Shown here piece after piece: positions 13,075-20,000 of a stretch of 20,000 nt of DNA (positions are counted from its first letter, which is position 1; each line of letters begins with the position of its first letter). The notes beneath the pieces are model-generated. The model worked only from the letters and a program-made list of their open reading frames with translations. It was not told the DNA's origin and made no database searches. The translations under genes were made by a program, and so were the position numbers. The stretch covers positions 56,071-76,070 of IMG/VR virus record IMGVR_UViG_2645728028_000003. One strand, 5' to 3'. This DNA is from an uncultured virus (IMG/VR IMGVR_UViG_2645728028_000003) (Duplodnaviria > Heunggongvirae > Uroviricota > Caudoviricetes).

Positions 13075-15077
13075 CAGACCACCTCGTTATCAACTATTAG
13101 CAAATCAGCATATCGACCTGGATATTCAACCCTCAGCTGCTTATCTGGCTCAGAAACAACCAAGCTAATGGTCTGGGCAGTCGTATCGATCAATTTAGTC
13201 ACTGCCTCACTGTTATCAATAAAAATTGGAGCAGAAAAACCATAATGCTCAGAAAGTGTATTGATGATATCCAATCCAACATTGATTTTGGCAGCATTGT
13301 TTAGGCCGCTGGCATATGGAACGCCGTTATAAGTTGTGGAACATATTTCTTCAAGTCCACCGTTAATGTTCTGCTTGAAAAGATTGAATCGAGCATATTT
13401 AAACCGGTTATTGATCTTCTCTTCCAGAAGTTTCACTTTTGTACGAACAAACTGTTCTGTCAGATAAAGCTGGTGTTCAAGCTTTTCATATTCAGCAGCA
13501 AGATCCCTTTGTTGCTCTTCAAGTTCCGAAATCCTCTGTTCTGATTGCTCAGCCAGTGCAAACTTGCTGTGGTCTGCCTGAAGCTGGTCACGTTTCGATC
13601 TTAGTTCGATAATTTCACTCTGAATGTCCTGAACAGCACTTTCAGACATATCTCTCAGGTTTTTAATCTCGCTTTCAATTGATTGCTTTTCCTGAATCTT
13701 AGAAACATATGAAGGGTTATCCAAAATGTCCGTTACAAGACTTTCCTGCTGTTTTAGCTGCCCTTGCAGTTTTTCTAAACTTTCTTGTTTCTCTTGGATC
13801 TGTCCGTTTAATTTTTCATATTCCTTTGCAAGGGTTTCGTTATTTTGGTTGTACTCTTGCTTACGCTCGGCACCCTCTTTACCTTTTTTATTGATTTCAT
13901 CCAATTTATTGGATTTATTAAGGTTGAATTGGGATAGAGCCATTTCACGTGCAATGGCTACTTGCTCCTCTGGGAGCGATTGTCCACATGTAGGACATTC
14001 GCATTGGTCGTTATGGCTGAATTCCTGATTATTGACCTCATGCCATTCGGTGCGCAAAATAACCAGATTATCTTCTATAGATTTAATGCTCTGATCGTTG
14101 TAACGCTTTTGGTTTTTGACATTATCAAGCTTTGAATTAAGGATGGAGATATTGGATTGTTCTTCTTGAATTCGAGCCTTCATTTGATATAACTGATCTT
14201 TCGATTCTGAATCATGGTCACGCTTAATTTGAATAAGTTCCATTTCAATCTCTTGGATTGCCTTTTGCTTATCTGAGATGGCCTTCCCATTTCGAATGCT
14301 GCTGATCTGAGTCATTTTTTCATCGATGTCCGCATTTAGCTGATTGATTTCCTGATCTAAACTTTCCTTATTTAAACCATCTAATTGAGGAAGGCTCCTT
14401 TGAACCTCACTTATACGAACAGGGATCTTATCAAGCTCCTTATTGATTTCCGCCCGGCGAGCAGCTATAACTTTTCGATGATTTTCAATTGTCCGACCAT
14501 TCAAGATTGATGGGAGGTTTGATAAAGTACTTTCGCTTGCGATAACCTCTTCTTCGCTAATATCACCGCACAGTTCCAGTAATGTTTTCCGACGGTCCTG
14601 CCACTTCACTTGTTCATTGAAATACGATGGTGAAGTCAACAATTTAAAAATGTCTTCTTGTACAATAGAATCCACCAGGTCTGTGTATTCCTTTTTCTTG
14701 GAAGGAACTCCATCGATATAATAAGTTGTGTTATGTCCAGTAAATTCTGCAGTTGCTGATCCACGCTTTTGAGTCCACTTTTCTGTATAAACTTTGCGAA
14801 GGGATAAATGATTACCATCTAGCAGGAATACCCCCTCAACCTCATGCTCCAGGTTGTGAAGGACCTTTCCGTCCTTAAGTGTTTTTATCCCGAACTCTTG
14901 CTTGTTTTGGCTGTCCTTATCGAATAACAGCCAGATAAAGGAATCGAATAATGTTGTCTTTCCAGTAGCATTATCACCAAAAACTTTTACATTTTCACAG
15001 CGGGCATCCAAAATGAACTCTTGAACACCTTTGAAGTTCCTTAACCTTAATTCCAAAAGCTTAATTTGCTTGTTCAA
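13074..15077 (-). CDS. SbcC/Rad50-like SMC-family ATPase
   Basis: Walker A GDNATGKT, long coiled coil with central CPTC zinc hook, degenerate signature LNNA, Walker B IFIDN. Confidence 0.88.
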   Translation of the reverse strand: MNKQIKLLELRLRNFKGVQEFILDARCENVKVFGDNATGKTTLFDSFIWLLFDKDSQNKQEFGIKTLKDGKVLHNLEHEVEGVFLLDGNHLSLRKVYTEKWTQKRGSATAEFTGHNTTYYIDGVPSKKKEYTDLVDSIVQEDIFKLLTSPSYFNEQVKWQDRRKTLLELCGDISEEEVIASESTLSNLPSILNGRTIENHRKVIAARRAEINKELDKIPVRISEVQRSLPQLDGLNKESLDQEINQLNADIDEKMTQISSIRNGKAISDKQKAIQEIEMELIQIKRDHDSESKDQLYQMKARIQEEQSNISILNSKLDNVKNQKRYNDQSIKSIEDNLVILRTEWHEVNNQEFSHNDQCECPTCGQSLPEEQVAIAREMALSQFNLNKSNKLDEINKKGKEGAERKQEYNQNNETLAKEYEKLNGQIQEKQESLEKLQGQLKQQESLVTDILDNPSYVSKIQEKQSIESEIKNLRDMSESAVQDIQSEIIELRSKRDQLQADHSKFALAEQSEQRISELEEQQRDLAAEYEKLEHQLYLTEQFVRTKVKLLEEKINNRFKYARFNLFKQNINGGLEEICSTTYNGVPYASGLNNAAKINVGLDIINTLSEHYGFSAPIFIDNSEAVTKLIDTTAQTISLVVSEPDKQLRVEYPGRYADLLIVDNEVV

Positions 15078-15384
15078 TTGTTTCGTCCCCTTTCGCTAGT
15101 TCAGCATTCATGCGATTTAATTCCTGGAGAAGCTTTTCTTTTTGTTCTTCAAGGCTCAATTTGTAAAACACGGTACAGTCTAAAGGGGTTTCAAAGGTAT
15201 TAAGTGATAAAGAACATTCTGAGCTTTCAACACTGGCTCCAGTTAATGCAGACATCCTTTCAATTATCTTCTTGCCCTCTTTTAAAGAGGGAATTCTGTG
15301 AAAGCAAACTCGAATATCTGCACCCGCTTCAATAGCTTCCTGAATAATTTCCAATTGTTGGTTAATCAGCATTTCAGTTTTCAT
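15061..15384 (-). CDS. Hypothetical phage protein
   Basis: GAGGAGG RBS; overlaps ATPase start. Confidence 0.75.
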   Translation of the reverse strand: MKTEMLINQQLEIIQEAIEAGADIRVCFHRIPSLKEGKKIIERMSALTGASVESSECSLSLNTFETPLDCTVFYKLSLEEQKEKLLQELNRMNAELAKGDETIEQAN

Positions 15385-15401
15385 TACATTTCCTCCTCAG
15401 T

Positions 15402-15488
15402 TTGATTTTTGGAGGGATTCACGCTACAATTTATGTAACCCTTATAGCAAAACCCCTGAAGATCCATGTGGCTGCATGGGTCTTTTTA
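15402..15488 (+). ncRNA. Putative ~50-nt antisense RNA unit (sigma-A promoter + terminator)
   Basis: TTGATT-N17-TACAAT (15402-15430), then AAGATCCATGT-GGCT-GCATGGGTCTT-TTT hairpin with plus-strand G-U pairs. Confidence 0.5.
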
Positions 15489-15492
15489 ATTT

Positions 15493-15645
15493 TCAAGGTA
15501 ATTTAATGATTTGCTGATTTCTCAGCTCTTTTAGCTCTATTTCAAACTCAGAGATAATCTGAGGAACTTCAGCATAGCTAACACTGTGATCAGCAAGAGT
15601 TTGGATGATTTTTTGAACAACTGCTGCCTTTTGTTTTTGATTCAC
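15493..15645 (-). CDS. Hypothetical 50-aa protein
   Basis: GTG start after AAGGAGGTG. Confidence 0.65.
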   Translation of the reverse strand: MNQKQKAAVVQKIIQTLADHSVSYAEVPQIISEFEIELKELRNQQIIKLP

Positions 15646-15646
15646 T

Positions 15647-15733
15647 TTACTCACCTCCTTTAGCATGCATGTCACCGACAATAACCCCGAAGATAAAGGC
15701 CAGGAACACATAACCGATGTAGACGATAATCAT
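15647..15733 (-). CDS. 28-aa hydrophobic peptide (not in ORF track)
   Basis: MIIVYIGYVFLAFIFGVIVGDMHAKGGE; AGGAGG RBS; ATGA overlap with upstream stop. Confidence 0.6.
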   Translation of the reverse strand: MIIVYIGYVFLAFIFGVIVGDMHAKGGE

Positions 15734-16140
15734 TGGATATCCTCCTGATATGTTGGGGTGAACTCTCCAACGACTTTCAGATATAGTGCCTTTTGTTGAA
15801 TCAATCCCATTTTTCTTTCTAAGCCATCCTTTGATAGAAATATGGCTGGATATTTTTGTTCCAATCGCTCTAATTTTGAAAAAAGTTTTTCATGAACCTT
15901 ACAATAATCAGCAACAACCTTTTGATAGTTTTCAACCGACTCGCCATTTACTTGAAAAATGCGATTTCCACCTAGTTGCAAGGAGTTTAATTCTTCTGCT
16001 GACAAGTTTGAAGTCAGTTTCATTGAAGCATTTTGCACATCTTTTTCCGCTGCAACAATCTTATCCAGCCAGAACAAAAAACGTTTGTATTCAGTTGTTT
16101 TACGAAGGTCTGTATATTCGTTCAATGTTTTAGTGTTCAT
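15730..16140 (-). CDS. Hypothetical phage protein
   Basis: 136-aa ORF directly abutting the antirepressor stop; GGAG RBS. Confidence 0.7.
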   Translation of the reverse strand: MNTKTLNEYTDLRKTTEYKRFLFWLDKIVAAEKDVQNASMKLTSNLSAEELNSLQLGGNRIFQVNGESVENYQKVVADYCKVHEKLFSKLERLEQKYPAIFLSKDGLERKMGLIQQKALYLKVVGEFTPTYQEDIQ

Positions 16141-17004
16141 TTAAGCAATCTCCAATTTCACGTTGTATTTGATTGCCATTTCTTTTACAACCGCAAGATA
16201 TATTTCAAGCAAGCGCTTATCCTCGTCAATCACATCGAGTTTAGATACTTTATCTATCTTTGATTTAGCAGCACCTTCTAAGGCCATTTTTTTCTGTTTG
16301 TTGGTAACTCGGATGCTTAACTTGGCATTTGCACGTTGTTCTAAAATTTCATAGCTTTCATTTCGGATATTACGGTATTGATCATAGCCACCGGTTTTCA
16401 TTGCGATTCTATTCAAGATAGATGTTGTATCTTTGCGCCAATCTGCTGAATTTAGTGCGACAATTTCACTAATGTTATCAACTTTTTGTTCAGTCTCTTC
16501 CACCTTCTTCGCAAGCCTTTTATGTTCCAATTGTTGCTCTGCTACAGAGTTAAATATTTTTTGGAACATCTGTAATTCAGGACTTAGTTGAGTGGTATCA
16601 AGTTTTTGTCTCATATCGAAGTAGCCATCTACTAATTGGTCATATAGCTCCCAAGCTTTGTCGTCCTCTAGGATTTTTAATAATTTGGCGTACCCTCTCT
16701 CGGAAAGAATGTATAGATTTTTGGCGTTTCCGATTTGAGCTTGAGTTAATATTCCTTGTTGCTTCAACATTTCTAAAACAGGTCGACCAAACGGACTTGT
16801 TTTTAAATCGAGAATATCCACTTTATCCACAAATCTTTTTCGATTATCGTTAATTCTTGCATTGATGTGTTTTACATCCTGGTCATGGATTTCAGCAATT
16901 TCTTTAACCAACATTGCTTTTTTACCTTCACCAAAGCCTCCCTCAATTCCAGTGAATTCGATTCCAGCTACATTTTGTTTTCCTATAATTTTTAGTTCGG
17001 TCAT
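16141..17004 (-). CDS. Phage antirepressor (ORF6N/KilA-N-type N-terminus)
   Basis: IEGGFGEGKKAMLVKEIAEIH and YILSERGYAKLLKILEDD.AW motifs. Confidence 0.85.
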   Translation of the reverse strand: MTELKIIGKQNVAGIEFTGIEGGFGEGKKAMLVKEIAEIHDQDVKHINARINDNRKRFVDKVDILDLKTSPFGRPVLEMLKQQGILTQAQIGNAKNLYILSERGYAKLLKILEDDKAWELYDQLVDGYFDMRQKLDTTQLSPELQMFQKIFNSVAEQQLEHKRLAKKVEETEQKVDNISEIVALNSADWRKDTTSILNRIAMKTGGYDQYRNIRNESYEILEQRANAKLSIRVTNKQKKMALEGAAKSKIDKVSKLDVIDEDKRLLEIYLAVVKEMAIKYNVKLEIA

Positions 17005-17024
17005 TTCTCCATCTCCTTCTCTAT

Positions 17025-17294
17025 CTAGTTTTTAGGCTGCTCAGCCAGCCATAAGAGTAAGAACTGCATAGTTTCCTCAGCTGGAAAAAGCCATTTCTTA
17101 CCTACTCTGTATTTAGGAAACCTTGGATCAAAGAAAAATCTTTCCTGTATGAAATTCCATGACATGCAAGTTCTTCTTATCAACTCGTTACGATCCCAGA
17201 AAACTAAGCTCTTATCGACTTCCTTGAGCTTTTCTTCCAACTTCTCAAGATAAAGCTGCTTAACTTCTTGTTCATCGATTTGTACATTTAACAT
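17025..17294 (-). CDS. Excisionase-like winged-HTH protein
   Basis: FWD..EL..RTCMSWNFIQERFFFDPRFPK.RVGKKWLFP motif; second gene of the early operon. Confidence 0.65.
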   Translation of the reverse strand: MLNVQIDEQEVKQLYLEKLEEKLKEVDKSLVFWDRNELIRRTCMSWNFIQERFFFDPRFPKYRVGKKWLFPAEETMQFLLLWLAEQPKN

Positions 17295-17361
17295 TTTTTC
17301 ACTCCCTTCATGAATGAGCATCCAATTGGGAAAGGTAATAAAGCTGAAAAATTACATATCA

Positions 17362-17589
17362 TCAATTGATACATTTCGTATCAATGTAGACATGAAAAAG
17401 ATCCGGAAAGAGATTTTTAGAATCTTGATTGTATAACTTTTCAAACTTTAACATCGTTGTCCTTCCCGGATGTGCATCTGAGTTTTCAATTTTTCTCACA
17501 TACACTTCGGAAATTCCTAATGCTTCAGCTACTTGTCTTTGAGTTAAGTTGAGCTTTTTGCGTTGTTCTATAAGTTGAGTTCTCTTCAT
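17362..17589 (-). CDS. Cro-like XRE HTH regulator
   Basis: LTQRQVAEALGISEVYVRKIEN; divergent from repressor; ATG after GAGGTG. Confidence 0.88.
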   Translation of the reverse strand: MKRTQLIEQRKKLNLTQRQVAEALGISEVYVRKIENSDAHPGRTTMLKFEKLYNQDSKNLFPDLFHVYIDTKCIN

Positions 17590-17711
17590 TATTTTCACCT
17601 CGCTTTTGATACATTTCTTATCGATAATTAAACTATATACGATAAGAATCGTATCGTCAATATATTTTGATACATTTTTTATCTTTTATTCAAATAGATA
17701 CAAATTTTATC
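17368..17711. promoter_or_regulatory. Five GATA-N7-TATC operators of the lysis/lysogeny switch
   Basis: 17368-17382, 17608-17622, 17641-17655, 17669-17683, 17697-17711. Confidence 0.85.
17632..17660 (-). promoter_or_regulatory. Early lytic sigma-A promoter
   Basis: TTGACG-N17-TATAGT, with an operator in the spacer. Confidence 0.85.
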
Positions 17712-17717
17712 TATAAT
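17689..17717 (+). promoter_or_regulatory. Repressor sigma-A promoter
   Basis: TTCAAA-N17-TATAAT, with an operator in the spacer. Confidence 0.75.
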
Positions 17718-17755
17718 ATAAAATAATTAAATACATATGGTAAGGATGAACTAAA

Positions 17756-18145
17756 ATGTTAGGTCCCAGATTAAAGGAGCTAAGAGGGAAAAGGTCACAA
17801 GAAGAAATCGCTGAAAAGATCGGCATTTCACGAGCTAGGTTATCCCATTATGAAAATGAAAGAAGTCAACCTGACCACGAATTGCTTACTAAGTTAGCTG
17901 ATTTTTATGGAGTAGGGATTGATTATCTTTTAGGAAGAACAGATAAAAAAGAACCAACTGAATCTAAAATAATCAAACATTATGATGAAGATAAAGAAAT
18001 CGAAGAAATGCTTAATGATCCAGAATTCGGCTTATGGTTCAAAGAATTAAAAGGATCACCTGAAGTGAATCGTGAAAAAGCGCTGGAATTTCTTCGCTTC
18101 TTAAATCACCAGGAAAAAGATCGTAAGCCAAAGAAACAAAAATAA
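17756..18145 (+). CDS. Phage immunity repressor (ImmR/XRE-like)
   Basis: SQEEIAEKIGISRARLSHYENERSQPD..LADFYGV..DYLLGR; no S24 autoprotease domain; followed by ImmA. Confidence 0.92.
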   Translation: MLGPRLKELRGKRSQEEIAEKIGISRARLSHYENERSQPDHELLTKLADFYGVGIDYLLGRTDKKEPTESKIIKHYDEDKEIEEMLNDPEFGLWFKELKGSPEVNREKALEFLRFLNHQEKDRKPKKQK

Positions 18146-18148
18146 TCA

Positions 18149-18177
18149 AATAATGAGCCACAAGGCTTATTATTTTT
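18149..18177 (+). terminator. Terminator between repressor and immA
   Basis: AATAATGAGCC-ACAA-GGCTTATTATT + T-run. Confidence 0.7.
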
Positions 18178-18187
18178 ACCACCAAAC

Positions 18188-18201
18188 AGAACGTATGTTT
18201 C
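18188..18201. promoter_or_regulatory. LexA (Cheo) box-like site
   Basis: AGAACGTATGTTTC versus CGAAC-N4-GTTCG, just upstream of the immA RBS. Confidence 0.6.
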
Positions 18202-18217
18202 ATCAGGAGGAATTGCA

Positions 18218-18817
18218 GTGACGTACAAACTAACGCCGCTCGAAAATGACATTAAAAATTTATACCTTTCTATGGGGATTCAAAGACCTGATCAAGTGGA
18301 TATGGATGATATTGCATTTAAGTTAGATATCTGGATTCATGAATTGAAATTTAAAAGTCGAGCTCGATCTTTTAAAGGGATGCATTCTATCTTATTGGAT
18401 TCACGAATATCAGATCAGGAAAAGTGGCAGGATTTCGGCCATGAATTATGTCACATTCTTAACCATGAAGGAAACCAGATTCATATGCCCCCTGCCTTCT
18501 TGGAATTCCAAGAAGTAAAAGCAAATAATTTTGCAAAGCATTTTTGTGTTCCTACTTTTATGATCTTAGATGCCGGCTTACCTTGTACCTGGAATGAGGC
18601 CATTCTTTTTGTAATGGAGACATTCAATGTAACTGAATCCTTTGCAAGAAAACGGCTGCTGCACTTCAACAACCAGGTAATTGGTTTTGAATATTATGAA
18701 GCTCTAAGGCGGCAATGGAGAGTGGAAGAGAATAAATTTATAGGAAATTACACAACAACTAATAAGGATTATGCAACTTCATTCTTTCGAAAGGAGTATA
18801 TCAATGGCGAGTTTTAA
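18218..18817 (+). CDS. immA: ImmA/IrrE family metallo-endopeptidase (anti-repressor protease)
   Basis: HELCH (HExxH) and E..AN.FA motifs; GTG after AGGAGG. Confidence 0.9.
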   Translation: MTYKLTPLENDIKNLYLSMGIQRPDQVDMDDIAFKLDIWIHELKFKSRARSFKGMHSILLDSRISDQEKWQDFGHELCHILNHEGNQIHMPPAFLEFQEVKANNFAKHFCVPTFMILDAGLPCTWNEAILFVMETFNVTESFARKRLLHFNNQVIGFEYYEALRRQWRVEENKFIGNYTTTNKDYATSFFRKEYINGEF

Positions 18818-20000
18818 AAAAGTTGGGAAAGATAATTGGATGTTTCGCTGGAAGTACAAAGATAAAACAACAGGAAAACAAAGGGAGGTTAAGAGACAGG
18901 GATTTAGAACAAAACCTGAGGCTACTGCTGCTTACGAGGAACTTAAAAGGACCATTGAATTAGGGTACGATTCAGTCCAAAATGAAAAAATAGTGGAGTT
19001 TTTAGAGTTTTGGCTATCAGAATATAAAAAAGATAAAGTGGCTGTCAATACTTATCGACTCCACGAAAGGAACATCAATAATCACATAGCACCCTATTTC
19101 AATAATATGCTTCTAAAGGATCTGACACATCCCCTATATCAGAAATTTATTAATCACCTAATCAGCAAAGAATATAGCAAAAGAACTGTTGAAATAATTC
19201 ACGGGACCATGTTCAGTTCCATGAAAAAAGCAAAAACGGCAAAAAAAATTCAATCTAACCCTTGTGAGGATATCACTATTTATTCAACAAAGGAAAAGCG
19301 AGAAAAAGATAATTTAAGCTCTCGAGTTAAATTTATCCCATATGATAAAATTGGTGAATTTTTAGATGCCACATTATTGGATAACCCTCTATACTACCTT
19401 TTCTTTAGGTTTTTAATTGAAACAGGAGTGAGGAAAGGCGAAGCTCTTGCTTTGCAATGGGGCCACTTGGATTTAGTAAATCAAAGGGTGAAAATTGAAC
19501 AGACCATAGATTATGAAGCTAAAAATGACGAGGAGCTCTTTGGTGAAACGAAAACCTATCATTCAAAACGAGAGATTCCAATTACAAAAAGATTGGCCGC
19601 AGAATTAAAAGCACATAAGGTCCGGCAAAACGATAATAAGCTACGTTTTAAAGATGCTTATAAGCATGAACTTGATCTGGTGTTCTGTCGGCAAAACGGC
19701 ACTACCATTCCAAAATCAACTTTATTTAATGCTTTTCGCCGTATTCTTAATCGTGTTGGATTGCCCAATTTAGATATCCATTCCCTGAGACATACTCATG
19801 CAGTTTTACTCCTGGAATCTAAGGCGGAAATGAAATACATTCAGGAAGCTCTGGGGCATAGCTCTATGAAAATTACTTCTGATGTTTATTCTCATGTGAG
19901 TAAAAAAATCGAAAGTGACGCGATTGCCAGTTTCGAAAAGCATACTGAAGACATTTTTAAAGAGGGGGCAGAATGGGGGCGAAATAAAAAACCCCAATAA
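18804..20000 (+). CDS. int: Tyrosine integrase
   Basis: Arm-binding N-terminus (GFRTKPEA); catalytic TGVRKGE, HSLRHTHA, LGH, DVYSH; start MASFKK after AAAGGAG. Confidence 0.96.
   Translation: MASFKKVGKDNWMFRWKYKDKTTGKQREVKRQGFRTKPEATAAYEELKRTIELGYDSVQNEKIVEFLEFWLSEYKKDKVAVNTYRLHERNINNHIAPYFNNMLLKDLTHPLYQKFINHLISKEYSKRTVEIIHGTMFSSMKKAKTAKKIQSNPCEDITIYSTKEKREKDNLSSRVKFIPYDKIGEFLDATLLDNPLYYLFFRFLIETGVRKGEALALQWGHLDLVNQRVKIEQTIDYEAKNDEELFGETKTYHSKREIPITKRLAAELKAHKVRQNDNKLRFKDAYKHELDLVFCRQNGTTIPKSTLFNAFRRILNRVGLPNLDIHSLRHTHAVLLLESKAEMKYIQEALGHSSMKITSDVYSHVSKKIESDAIASFEKHTEDIFKEGAEWGRNKKPQ

Larger units (their letters stand above)
1..20000. mobile_element. Temperate phage/prophage of a Bacillaceae host (integration, immunity, early, replication and late-control modules; continues left into packaging genes)
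   Basis: Canonical gene order int-immA-repressor // cro-antirepressor-recombination-replication-rusA-late activator-terS; Firmicutes-type GGAGG RBSs; AbrB-like, FbpA-like and XtrA/YqaO-like genes. Confidence 0.95.

Noticed and set aside
6162..16354. Numerous short alternative-frame or antisense ORFs inside long phage genes
   Set aside because: Shadows of genes with clear motifs and RBSs
1..20000. CRISPR array, tRNA/rRNA, IS element, arbitrium (aimR/aimP) locus, reverse transcriptase
   Set aside because: No repeat-spacer array, cloverleaf, transposase, TPR receptor/peptide pair or RT motifs seen

Overview
The window holds the immunity/early/replication half of a temperate Bacillaceae (pro)phage, read mostly on the minus strand. 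From the right end: tyrosine integrase, ImmA/IrrE protease with an upstream LexA-like box, and an XRE repressor/Cro switch with five GATA-N7-TATC operators. The early operon follows: antirepressor, SbcC/Rad50-like ATPase + RecT-like protein + MBL-fold nuclease, AbrB-like regulator, replisome organizer with iterons, a zinc-finger-containing dimeric dUTPase and RusA. Next come a variable region of small morons, an XtrA/YqaO gene, a late activator and the 5' end of the small terminase. The most notable accessory element is an AT-rich three-gene cassette (GNAT-ASCH/PUA fusion, stand-alone ASCH, P-loop NMP-kinase-like protein) at 1384-3368, a candidate nucleotide-modification, toxin-antitoxin or anti-phage system. 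Also seen: antisense promoter-terminator mini-transcripts in the early operon, morons with sigma-H and sigma-G-like promoters, and several small ORFs missed by the ORF track. All family assignments are from motif recognition by eye; no database searches were run.
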